Below, piece after piece: positions 1 to 12,900 of a stretch of 64,000 bases of DNA. Made by a program: the position numbers and the translations under genes. Origin of the DNA: Eledone cirrhosa (lineage: Eukaryota); assembly GCA_964016885.1 (NCBI GenBank), contig OZ024741.1, positions 401,512,001 to 401,576,000 on the forward strand, written 5' to 3'. The notes below the pieces were generated by a model. It had not been told where the DNA came from and ran no database searches. It saw only the letters and a program-made list of their open reading frames with translations. Position 1 is the first letter of the stretch. Each line of letters starts with the position of its first letter.

Positions 1-1202
1 AGAAGTACTCATTACTCCCCCCCCCCCCTTCCTAGTCTGTCATGGCTTACTAGCTCTATACGGACGTCTCTTGTCTCTCAACAGTAAGAAGTACTCATTA
101 CTCCCCCCCCTCCCTAGTCTGTCATGGCTTACTAGCTCTATACAGACGTCTATTGTGTGTCAACAGTAAGAAGTACTCAATACTCCCCCCCTCCCTAGTC
201 TGTCATGGCTTACTAGCTCTATACAGACGTCTATTGTGTGTCAACAGTAAGAAGTACTCAATACTCCCCCCCCCTCCCTAGTCTGTCATGGCTTACTAGC
301 TCTATACAGACGTCTATTGTGTCTCAACAGTAAGAAGTACTCATTACTCCCCCCCCCTTCCTAGTCTGTCATGGCTTACTAGCTCTATACGGACGTCTAT
401 TGTGTCTCAACAGTAAGAAGTACTCAATACTTCCCCCCCAGTCTGTCATGGCTTACTAGCTCTATACAGACGTCTATTGTGTGTCAACAGTAAGAAGTAC
501 TCAATACTCCCCCCCCCTAGTCTGCCATGACTTACTAGCTCTATACGGACGTCTCTTGTCTCTCAACAGTAAGAAGTACTCATTACTCCCCCCCTCCCTA
601 GTCTGCCATGGCTTACTAGCTCTATACGGACGTCTATTGTGTCTCAACAGTAAGAAGTACTCAATACTCTCCCCCCCCCCCCGCAGTCTGTCATGACTTA
701 CTAGCTCTATACAGACGTCTATTGTGTGTCAACAGTAAGAAGTACTCATTACTCTCCCCCCCCCCCCCGCAGTCTGTCATGACTTACTAGCTCTATACGG
801 ACGTCTATTGTGTCTCAACAGTAAGAAGTACTCAATACTCCCCCCCCCCCTCCCTAGTCTGCCATGACTTACTAGCTCTATACAGACGTCTATTGTCTCT
901 CAACAGTAAGAAGTACTCAATACCCCCCCCCCCCCAGGTCTGTCATGACTTACTAGCTCTATACAGACGTCTATTGTGTCTCAACAGTAAGAAGTACTCA
1001 ATACTCCCCCCCCCCCCCTAGTCTGTCATGGCTTACAGACGTCTATTGTCTCTCAACAGTAAGAAGTACTCAATAGTCCCCCCCCCCTAGTCTGTCATGG
1101 CTTACTAGCTCTATACAGACGTCTCTTGTTTCTCAACTGCAAGAAGTACTCAATCCTCCCCCCCCCCCTAGTCTGTCATGGCTGACTAGCTCTATACGGA
1201 CA
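1..1202. repeat. Minisatellite, ~80-bp unit with variable poly-C run, ~14-15 copies
   Basis: agtctgtcatggcttactagctctatacagacgtctattgtgtctcaacagtaagaagtactcaatact(c)n repeated. Confidence 0.95.
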
Positions 1203-1539
1203 CTTAAATATATTTTTATTTCTTTCTATCTTGTTTATGTTATTCTGTTTGTATTTTAGATAAATGACCAACTTATTAAATTAAACTTTAACCGTATTGA
1301 ATCTATCTATTTGTATGTCATTCTCAATATGTATTAGATATATTGTATTATTATATATATTGTATTATATATATTATATATAACATATATAATATATATA
1401 TATGCTAGCATGGAATATATATATATATGGAATATATATATATGTTAGCATGGAATATATATATATGCTAGCATGGAAGAAAGGACGTAAAATGGTGATG
1501 ATGATGATGATGGAAATGGCCAGTATTCTCATAAACCTA

Positions 1540-3039
1540 CAAAGGAAAGGGGATGCTCTGGAGAGGAGCAATTATAGGGGTATAAAACTGATGGATCAGG
1601 TTATGAAAGTGGCAGATAGGATATTAGCACAACTTATTAGAGAAAGGGTCAAACTAGATGAGATGCAGTTTGGTTTTGTGCCTGGGAAAAGTACAACAGA
1701 TGCCCTCTTCTTGGTGAGACAATTACAAGAGAGGTTCTTAGAGAAGAATAAGCCACTATACTTAGCCTTTGTTGACCTAGAGAAGGCCTTTGATAGGGTA
1801 CCCCGATCTGTCATCTGGTGGTCCCTAAGGAAACTAGGTGTTGAGGAATGGCTTGTGAGGACAGTGCAAACTTTGTACAGAGGTTTTGTCAATAAAGTCA
1901 GGGTAGGAATGGAGTTTAGTGAGGAATTCCAGATACAAGTAGGAGTACATCAAGGTTTGGTCCTCAGCCCGCTCTTGTTCATTATAGTCCTCCAAGCCAT
2001 AACAGAGAAGTTTAAGACTGGCTGTCCATGGGAACTTCTCTATGCTGACGATCTGATTCTTATAACAGAATCAGTAGAGGAGCTACAGAATAAATTCTGG
2101 CTATGGAAACAGCAGTTGGAAGCAAGAGGACTGAGAGTGAACCGAGCTAAGACAAAAGTGTTCATGAGTAGAAAAGAGGACAAAACTCTGATTCCGTCAG
2201 GGAAATGGCCATGTTCGATATGCAGAAAAGGAACTGGCATAAATTCTATAAAATGCACATAATGCAGATCTTGGGTACACAAGAGATGTAATGGGATAGC
2301 AGGCAAACTAACAGGTAGGGAGAAATACGTATTCAGTAGATGTACAGGGAAATTAGACAGTAGAAGTCGCATTGATAGACACATTTTTCAAATGCAGGCG
2401 GGTGCTATAGAAGTGGTGGATAGCTTCCGGTACCTAGGAGATCAGATTAGCATGAGAGGGGGGTGTTCCGAGGCCATAGTATATAGAATAAGGATGGGTT
2501 GGAAGAAGTTTAGGGAGCTGCTTCCTCTGCTGACAAAGAAGGGTTTCTCACTGCATACGAAAGGCCAGTTATATGATGTCTGTGTGAGGTGCGCGATGCT
2601 GCATGGTAGTGAGACATGGGCAGCAACTGCAGAGGATATGCGACGGCTGAAGAGAAATGAAGCAAGCATGCTCCGTTGGATATGCAATGTCAATGTGCGT
2701 GAATGACCCAGCATGGATGTGTTGAGAGAGAAACTGTGTCTGAGAAAGATAGAATGTAGTGTGCGAGAGAGGAGACTGAAGTGGTATGGACATGTGAAGC
2801 ACATGGAGGTTGATCGATGGGTGAAGAAGTGCCAGGAAATGCCAGATGAAGGAAGACGTGGTAGAGGTAGGCCACGAAAAACATGGGTGGAGGTGGTGAG
2901 AACAGACCTCAGATCGCTGAAGCTCACAGTGGAGATGACGAAGGACCGTGACAAGTGGAGAGATGCTGTGCTGAATAAGACCCGTCCCACCCATGCAATC
3001 AGGGAAAAGAGGACGTAAAATGATAATGATGATGATGAT
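1540..3039 (+). mobile_element. 5'-truncated degenerate RTE-clade LINE (RT + C-terminus, stops, (GAT)n tail)
   Basis: [44 protein letters not shown]; internal stops at 2260 and 2704. Confidence 0.92.
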
Positions 3040-3360
3040 ATATTATATATAATATATATTATATTACATATAATATATATTATATATAATATATACTGTA
3101 TATAAAATATATTGTATACATAATATATATTATATACATATATATATTATATACATAATATATATTATATATTATATACATAATATATATATAATATATT
3201 ATATATATTGTATATAATATAATTAATATATATTATATATTATATAATATATATTGCATATGATATATGATATATATATAATATCTAATATAATTAATAT
3301 ATATTATATATTATATAATATATATTGTATATAATATATGATATATATAATATTATATAT
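3040..3360. repeat. Degenerate (TA)n low-complexity tract
   Basis: Direct reading. Confidence 0.9.
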
Positions 3361-3365
3361 TACAG

Positions 3366-3800
3366 ACGTGGGGTGGATTGGCAGTATCGGTAGAGGGTCG
3401 GACACCATGCTTTGACGCATAGAGTTACGGCTCTTTATGATCTGAGTTCAAATCCCGCCGACGAGGTTAACTTTGCCTTTCATCCTTATGGGGTCGATAA
3501 AATAAAGTACCAGTCACGCACTGGGTCGATTTAATCGACTTCCCCCCCCCCCTCCAAATTACTGGCCTTGTGCCTATATAAGAAACCATTATATATTACA
3601 GATGTATTAGGGTGGTGGATTGGCAGTATCGGTAGAGAGTCGGACACCATGCTTTGAAGCATAGAGTTACGTCCCTTTATGATCTGAGTTCAAATCCTGC
3701 CGAGCTTAACTTTGCCTTTCATCCTTACGGAGTCGATAAAATAAAGTACCAGTAATGTACTGGGTAATTGCTGGCCTTGTGCCTAAAATAGAAACAATTA
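3366..3800 (+). mobile_element. Two tandem tRNA-derived SINEs with Deu/Nin-like core
   Basis: A-box-like tggcagtatcggtag, B-box gagttcaaatcc, core gcctttcatcctta.ggggtcgataaaataaagtaccagt. Further copies near 5565-5880, 15733-15920, 18835-19305, 44313-44530, 46857-47075 (+). Confidence 0.8.
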
Positions 3801-3810
3801 TATATTACAG

Positions 3811-3974
3811 TACTTGCACAGGAGGAATCTTGAAATGTAGAAATGATAGCTGCAGCTGTCCAGAAGGCCAGTTCCATTGTAGAAATAATGAATGTATTGA
3901 ATCAATAAAGACCTGTGATAAACACGAAGACTGTAAAGATGGCTCAGATGAATCATTAGATATATGTGGTGAAG
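3811..3974 (+). CDS. Exon: end of Cys-rich (VWC/TIL-like) segment + LDL-receptor class A repeat
   Basis: tatattacag| [54 protein letters not shown] |gttagc. Classic C..F.C....CI.....CD...DC.DGSDE. An in-phase alternative donor after 3968 is possible. Confidence 0.9.
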
Positions 3975-6900
3975 GTTAGCACCAGAATATCTTTTTCTTC
4001 TTTTTCTTCTCCCACTTATTCCTGAGAAGGTTGTTGGGGCAAAGTCCTCAAATACTCCTCCAACAGGTCCTGTCAGAAAAAAACATCTCCAACTGACTCT
4101 GCTGTATCCCTAAGTGTGACCAGCCAAACTCATGGATGTTATCCAACCATCTTGCTCTGGATCTATCACTGGGTCTCATGCCAGTTGGTTTTGCCCATAA
4201 AATCTGTTCAGTGATTCTTTCCTGAGACATTCTAACCACATATCCATAGTATCGGAGCTGTGCTCCCTCAATTCAGAGAAGTAATGGCTCTACCTTGAGT
4301 GACTCTCTGATCTTTGAGCTCCAAATCCAGTGATTCTTTCCTGAGACATTTTAACCACATACCCATAATATCGGAGTGGTAGCGGTTTGGATAAGGGCAA
4401 ACGTTAGCTATTTTCTTAATTAATATAATTAAATTAAATTTATACAATTAAATTTTTCTCAAAGTGTATTAATGTTCTCATGTAGTTTTACCTTTATATT
4501 AGTTACAATTGTTTTTGATAGGTGTGCTGCTTAGTGGTTAGAGAATTGGATTCTCAGTCATGTGGTTGTGAGTTTCATTCCCTGACAAAGTGATGCATTG
4601 TGTTCTTGAGCAAGACATTTTATTACATGTTGCTCTTTCTGCCAGGAGCTGCAACTGGTAGATAGAATCAGCAATGGAAAGACCAATGGAAATATTGTTT
4701 CCTTTGTCTGATTTGATGAGTTCTACCTCCCTCGGTTAGTGAGTGAGGTCAGATCTTGAGGAAGTGTTGTTTCTGAGGAAGACAGTGATCAATCTTGAAT
4801 ATCGCTACTAAAAATAGGTGGTGATGTAACTCCTACCAGCCCTCTGAAATTATCGTAAAACAATGAAGTACTCTTAACAACCTACATCTAACTTTTGTTT
4901 TATTTTGATTGTTCAAAATATACATACTTTATAAATATACTTTGTATAAAAATATAAACACATATGATATATACAAAGCATATAAATAAATTTACAGTAG
5001 AATAATATAACAAATATGTTTTAAATATATACATAAATAACATTACAAATGCTTAAATAACATTATAAGTTGATCACGATTCTTTCAGAAAGATATATTC
5101 TTTTAATGTTGCAATATTAAAGAAAATGTAAAGGAAGGGGTGAACACCCGAGCCAACACCAGATCAAAAGAAAAGACAGCAGCATTGCGAGGAGTACTGG
5201 GCAACCTCTCTAATGTATAAATATAATTTAAATGCATTAAAATTGACACTTTACTTCATGTTGCTCAACTCCCCTTAATGTAGAACCAATTATAATTTTG
5301 TGATAGAAATGTGTGTCATCTCTATATCTTTATCAATTTCTTTTCATTCTGTTAACCATTATTCTTTTGTTTCTGTTTAAAATTTTAGAATCGATTTCAG
5401 CAAATGCACCAAATGTTAAGAAACCTAAAGGTTTGTGTAAAATATTTCTGTAAATTTTAAAAAAATAAAAAACGAAGGTAAAAAACTACTTTAAAGTTAG
5501 TAAATTTTTGTTCCTTTTAAAATTGATTATATAAGTATTTCAGTCATCATCATTATTATTATGGTTAGGTTCAAATCCTGCTGAGGTTAGTTTTGCCTTT
5601 CATCTTTACGGGGTCTATAATATAAAGCACCAGTAATGCACAGGGGTCCATTTAATCGACTTTTCCTCACCCAAAATTGTTGGCCTTGTGCCTAAATTAG
5701 AAACCCTTATTATTATTACGTCCTTTTACGTTCTGAGTTCAAATCCTGCCAAGGCTAGCTTTGCCTTTTATCCTTATGTGACTGATAAAACAAAGTACCA
5801 GTAACACGCTGAGGACCATTTAATCAACTTTACCCTTTACTTCAAATTGTTGGCTTTCTGTCAAAATATACAAACAATTACTATTCAATTTATTTTATTC
5901 ATTATTCAAAGTAATTTGATTAAGTAGCTTAATTCAATTTTTTAGAAATATTTAATAATAATAATAATAAAATTATTGTGTACAGTGCTCAGGTGCACTA
6001 CAGCTCATCAAATGTGCATGTATAGTACATAGAATAATATACAAATGTCAGGGAAGTGAATAGTGTATATACATGTGGGTGTGTGTATGGAGGGGGAATA
6101 TTAGGTGTAGTGTTGGCGAAAATCTATGAAAATATGTTTAAAGTGTCAAAAAATATTGTATTGTTTTTCATTTTGTTTACAGAGAACATTAGAACAGAGT
6201 GAGAATTAAAACATTTAAAAATCGCTGTCAAAATCTTTATGAAAATCTATTGATGAATTTTGGACTAAAAATTTTAGTATACTGAATGTACAATACATGT
6301 TTCTAATACTTCATCAGAGGTTTATGGGTCATTGATGATGTCAAAAGTAAAATTTTAGAAATTGTAGTCCTATACGAGCGAGACATGGTCACCCGACCAA
6401 TCTTGCCTCAAGTGGACAATTCCCGCCTAATCCATGCTAGTGTAGAAGATAGACGTTAAGCGATGATGATGATAATGATGATGTAGGTTTGAATAACAGA
6501 AAAAACATTTGCTTTAATTTCAGAGTCCCCTATATGCAAGTTCGTAAATATTATGAAAGATCCCAATATAGTTGCAACAAGTGCAATCCAAGCTTCAAGT
6601 TATAACATTGATAACAATGCTAATGATATTCGTCCTGGTGAACTGTTGTGGTATTCTGCTGATGAAGATAATTTCCCTAACATTATTATTGACATGTCAA
6701 ATATTGTTTCTCCAATGGAAAAGGTTTCTTTATTTCGACCTCACAATATTAAATCATTTGAGATTCTTTTAATGAAAGGAAATAAAGTGTTGAAAACATA
6801 CAAGGTAATTATTATTTATTTAGAATGTACATTTATACATACAGACACATATACACATGCATAGCTGATGATGATGGCTGCAACTCGATTTTGAGTAATG

Positions 6901-9900
6901 CCATCACTTGATACTTAAGCATGAGCATCACTAACATGGCTTTTTAGTCCTGCTAGGGACTTCCCTATGGCCAGCAATACCAAGCATCACAACAAATGTC
7001 ACATATCAAGCGATGCCTGTGGTTGAAGCTTTTTTAAGTGAAGAAAGGCTTTGCACGGGGCCAATCCCACTCTCTGAACAGCAAATCTATTTGGCCAAAA
7101 AGTAGAACTGGTCTACATCATTGGATACAAATGAAATCACAGGGTTTATATCAGCGTGGCCTTCTCCTAGAGAGATGTCTTAATGAAGACTAAGAGTCTC
7201 TCACTCCACAAAAAATCTTTATTGGATGGCCGTTGACTCACTTAAGTTCCTCCGCCCTTTGGCAGGTATTATTTTTCATCCCGTAGGGTGTCCAAAATCA
7301 CACTCCTCACCAAGCAAGTTTAGTCGCCAATGACCCGACCATACACATGTTGTACTGGGTTACATGTTACCAGTAGTACTGAAGAGCAACCTGACATACA
7401 TATATACACACATTCATACATGCATATTTGAAATGCCATAAATATTTTGTTAAATAATTTTTTAAATAACATATTTCTATATTTTATACCAAATAATGGT
7501 TTCTGATTTAGGCTCAATGACAATAATTACCTGAAAAGGATTTGACATATGGTAAATTATTTAACCCTTTATCGTTTAAACTGCCGTATCCGGCCAGAAT
7601 TCTCACCTCTTTCTGTTCAAACCAACTGTAACTGGCCACTCATATTGACATTAAGGTATTGTTCTCAAAATAAATAACATCATCAAAACCTGGTAGATTC
7701 CATATTATGTGAGATAAAGCCTTTACCCTGAAAATATTATAGTAGAGTAATGTAAATGCTAAAGGGTTAAATAACATTTATTTGACTTGATATTTTATAA
7801 CTTTTAGGCTAAATCAAGTGAAGAAGTGAATCTTTATGACAAAAGAGCAACACACATACAGTTGAAATTATTTCCACTTGATATAAAACAGTGCATTGCT
7901 ACAGAAGTCTCGATATTTGCTTGTATCAGTGAAAGTAAGTCGATATTTTATTACATTTAGTTATTGTAATGGAAGTAGTGTGTTGTTTTCTTTTCTGATA
8001 ATTCTTTCATTCTTTTGCTGGATTGGGTAGGTACCTTCTTTTGTATATCTATCTTTCTGTCTGTGTGTATATATATAGCTTTCTGTCTGTCTGTCTGTCT
8101 TATCTGTCTATCTGTCTATCAATTTATTTAACTATTTCTTCATATTTCTATATGTCTGTCTTTCTATCTGTCTGTCTATCTATCTGTCTATCTGTCTGTC
8201 TATCTGTCTGTCTATCTGTCTGTCTATCTGTCTCTGCGAGGAGCCGATTTCGGCCACTGAGATAGAGGACGTGCTGAGCCAATGCGGCAAACGCAAATCC
8301 CCGGGTCTCGATGGTCTTCCATACGAATTATATCTAGCTATGCCGGACTTGTTCCCCGATCTCCTCGAGGCGGTCTACTGCAACTGGCAACAGAACGGGA
8401 GAATTCCCTGTATTGTGACCAAGGGTGTAGTCACGCTAGTGAGGAAGGACGAGAACAAGGGGGACGATATAAATAACTTCAGGCCCATAACTCTGCTAAA
8501 TACAGAGTTACAGATTTTGGCCAAGGTGCTAGCAAAGAGGTTGGCGCTTGTCGTGGGCAACCTGGTAGGAGATGCGCAGACATGTGCTATCCCGTCCAGG
8601 TCCATCCATGACAACCTCCACCTCATGCGATACATCATAGAGAGGGTTGGGAACGAACCCGGCTTTGGTGGGGCTCTGATCAACTTGGATCAATCTACGG
8701 CGTTCGATAGGGTCGACCATGGTTACCTGGATGCGGTGCTAGCGGCGGCAGGTTTCGGACCCGTTTTCAGGGGCTGGATCACTGCTATGCACAGCAGCCG
8801 CATCTGCTCTAGGGTCAAGGTGAACAGCTACCTCTCGGAGCCGTTCAAAATCGCGCGGTCCATCCGACAAGGGTGCCCTCTCTCCTCCCTTCTGTATATG
8901 TTGACTCTCGAGCCACTACTGCGGAAGTTGGAGTTGTTGCAGGGATTGCGGAAAGCGGTGTCGGCCTACGCCGATGACGTGACAGTAATGGTGTCGACGG
9001 CCTCCGAAATCGAGGCGGTCGGCACCTTACTGGAGGAGTACGAAAGGTTCACAGGGGCTAAGCTGAACCAGCACAAGTCGATCGGTTTGCAACTCGGCAC
9101 GTGGAGGGGCAGACCGATGCCCTCCGATGGCGTCGTCGGACGCTGGACAGAGGGCCTGGTGAAGTTGCTCGGGGTCTGGTTCGGACCGGACCTCCAGGTC
9201 GAGAAAAACTGGGCGGAGGTTACGAACAGGGTGTTTGCACTGACCCAGAAGTGGGCCAGTTGCAAACTATCCCTGAAAGGTCGGGCGGAGGTGGCGAACA
9301 CCTACATAGCGTCCGTCATCTACTACCGCCTGACCGTAGTGCCCTGCCCAAGGGAAACCCTCGCCAAGATGGAGCGCGCGCTCCTTTGGAAGAGGCGGGC
9401 TCCTATGGTGAGGAGATCCATCTGCTGTCAACACCCTTCGAAAGGAGGGCTGAGGATGCCGTGGCTAATGATGCGTAAACACGCATTAAGGCTACGGCAC
9501 CTCTACGTATTCCTCACCGGACAACCGGTGTGGGCCTCGTTTGTGAGACGAACCTTTCCCAGACTCGTCTCACTCACCGAGCTGCAATCCTGGGTCAAGC
9601 AAAGACCGAGAAAACTGGGCGCCTGGCACACTGAGTGTGCCCAGGCGCTCACCGCCCTCTGGCAGGCGGATCCGGTTATCAGTGGCGACTCCACCGCAAC
9701 ATTCTATAGAGGGCTGGTACACAGCAGGTGCGACGACGCCCTCGGAGAAGCCCTAGACATGGAGGAGGACGAACTGGCCAGCCTGTTCGGTAGGACATTC
9801 AGCCCGGGACCTATGGACAACTTCCAGAAGTCCCTGGCCTGGCAGTGCTACCGAGGGGCTCTACCCGTTCGAGAAAAGCTCTACAGACACGGGCGCCCGG

Positions 9901-12900
9901 GTAGGGACCCCGCCAAAAAGATCTGTCCCAGATGCGTGAGCGACGAGGAAACCGTTGCACACGCATTGGTACACTGCTCGGGCGTAGCCGATCTGTGGGG
10001 CTATGTCGAACAACTGCTGTCAAGGGTGGGACCGATCCGGTTGCCACCGAGTCTATTGTAATGATCAAGCCGCCTCCCCCCTTCAAAGATGAAGGAGAGG
10101 CGGTGTTTCTGTGCGTAATAGCCATGGCGAAAGAGGTTGTATGGTGGACGCGTCTGAAAAGACTGAGGTCAGGCACCTTTCTCTCTGGCCAACAACTGGT
10201 CCGTTTCGTCCGATATCATTTCGGAAGAAGGATCAGGATGGAGAGAGAGGTGCTCCACCCCAGTCGTTTTTATGAAAGGTGGGTGTACAACAACAATCTA
10301 ATAAAAACACAAGGGCCTAACTTCACCCAGGCAGGGGATTTCCCCCACCTCAAAATGATTAAGGCCCCACAGGACACCTATAAAACTTTAAAAAACAATT
10401 TTAAAGAGGACGTGGGTCCCCCCTGCGTCGGGCCCATTAACCGCGTCCTCCTAAAAAACTACCTCACCCCCTCCCCAAACACCCACACAACTCCAAGCTC
10501 CCCAACCACACAACACACTGATGCCCCCACACTTCCACAAACCACCACCCCACCCAACAACCCATCCCCCACCCTAATGGAAATTGTGCAGCCCGATACC
10601 CGGGACGCAGAGAGGTAAGTGCCTTTTCTCTTCACCACCAACATGGCTATGCTAAGAGTAGGCTGTTTAAATGCGCGTGGCCTGGGCTCAACTTGGAAGC
10701 AAGCAATGTTTCTAAATGACCTCAGGTCACAATGTATAGATGTGATGGTTATTTGCGAGGCCCGGATCAGCAACGTGCGACAGCTGGCCCCCACCTTTGA
10801 TGACTTTGAGATGCACGCATCTCTCTGTCAGCCCGGAGGTGGGGGTGGAGTTGTCGTTCTGCTGCAAAAACATCTGGGTCTCGCAACACAGATGGTACAT
10901 TTGGACCCGGAGGGTCGACTAGTGGTTCTGGACCTTGGCAGTGGTAAAGGCGGAGCGTTTAGGTTGGTAGCCACCTACGGCCCTTTCGGGTCAATGCGGC
11001 CGGACTTCTTCCATCGTCTGGAGACTTTTCTAGAGACGTCCCACTCCTTGCTATTAGTGGGGGACTGGAATGGTATCCTAGATGCACGCTGGGACTACGT
11101 AGGGGCCTGCCCCGATAGAGAGGGGTGTAATAGCCTCAAAGGGTTAATCGGTCAATTTGACCTGGCCGATAGATATCGACTAGATTTTCCGACTGCGCCA
11201 ACCTGGACTTGGGCAAATCGTAGCGGATCATCTAGGTCGTACCTAGATAGGTTCTTAGTTAGAATTAAGGATAAGGACTTTTTAAGTTGTCCAAAAATGC
11301 GCATGGTTGGCTATTCAGACCACAAATTAGTGACCTGCATGGTCAACCTTGACAGAACTCATAGACAGGGCCCCGGTTACTGGAAGCTCAACTTGTCCTT
11401 GCCGGCAAGTAGAGCCTACAGGAATCGGATTAGTACGTTAGTTAAGGAACGGTTGACTGGAGCGATCGTCAACAGCAGGTGGTGGGTATCTCTAAAGAGA
11501 GAGATTAGAGTAGTCTCGATAGAATTTAGTAAGGTTCTAGCTGCGGATAGGAATAGGAAGGAAAGGGAGCTAATAGATAGAGTAGAAGAGGCAATTAGAA
11601 GCGGCGATGTGGCCAGAGTGCTAGCGTCGAGAACGGCTTTGAGCCAGTTTTTCGACGCGAAGCACGAAGGCTGAGTTGTCCGAAGTAAAATACGTGCTCT
11701 AGGGAACGAGGGGACCAAAGCTGTTAGCTGGGCCCGCGTGACAGAGGCCAACAGTGGAACTAAATCCACCATCCGGTCTTTGCGAGACCTGGATGCACGG
11801 GCGATTCTTGAGCCTAAGCAGATGTGTGAGGCCTTTCAAAGGCACTTTGCCCGACTGTTCGGGAGGGGCGGGGAGCCGGTTGGGAACGTGGACTTCGGTC
11901 CATACCTCGACGGCCTGCCGCGCCTCTCAGACAGGGAGGCGAAGTCCTGCGAGGAGCCGATTTCGGCCGCTGAGATAGAGGACGTGCTGAGCCAATGCGG
12001 CAAACGCAAATCCCCGGGTCTCGATGGTCTTCCTTACGAATTATATCTAGCTATGCCGGACTTGTTCCCCGATCTCCTCGAGGCGGTCTACTGCAACTGG
12101 CAACAGAACGGGAGAATTCCCTGTACTGTGACCAAGGGCGTAGTCACGCTAGTGAGGAAGGACGAGAACAAGGGGGACGAAATAAGTAACTTCAGGCCCA
12201 TAACTCTGCTAAATACAGAGTTACAGATTTTGGCCAAGGTGCTAGCAAAGAGGTTGGCGCTTGTCGTGGGCAACCTGGTGGGAGATGCGCAGACATGCGC
12301 TATCCCGTCCAGGTCCATCCATGACAACCTCCACCTCATGCGATACATCATAGAGAGGGTTGGGAACGAACCCGGCTTTGGTGGGGCTCTGATCAACTTG
12401 GATCAATCTAAGGCGTTCGATAGGGTCGACCATGGTTACCTGGATGCGGTGCTAGCGGCGGCAGGCTTCGGACCTGTTTTCAGGGGCTGGATCACTGCTA
12501 TGCACAGCAGCCGCATCTGCTCTAGGGTCAAGGTGAACGGCTACCTCTCGGAGCCGTTCAAAATCGCACGGTCCATCCGACAAGGGTGCCCTCTCTCCTC
12601 CCTTCTGTATGTGTTGACTCTCGAGCCACTACTGCGGAAGTTGAAGTTGTTGCAGGGCATCCCTTTGGAACCGGGATTGCGGAAAGCGGTGTCGGCCTAC
12701 GCCGATGACGTGACAGTAATGGTGTCGACGGCCTCCGAAATCGAGGCGGTCGGCACCTTACTGGAGGAGTACGAAAAGTTCACAGGGGCTAAGCTGAACC
12801 GGGACAAGTCGATCGGTTTGCAACTCGGCACGTGGAGGGGCAGACCGATGCCCTCCGATGGCGTCGTCGGACGCTGGACGGAGGACCCGGTGAAGTTGCT

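Noticed and set aside
1-1202. CRISPR-like array
   Set aside because: The intervening sequences are only C-runs rather than unique spacers; eukaryotic context, no cas genes
3366-3800. tRNA genes
   Set aside because: A/B boxes are attached to a SINE body in many diverged copies; no full cloverleaf
9932-10618. 228-aa ORF as a host mucin-like exon
   Set aside because: Chimeric frame across the Tx1 copy 1/copy 2 junction; lacks the gene's splice context
11672-11674. Programmed readthrough or selenocysteine at the TGA in Tx1 ORF2
   Set aside because: A single point mutation in a TE copy is the simpler explanation; no supporting signal seen
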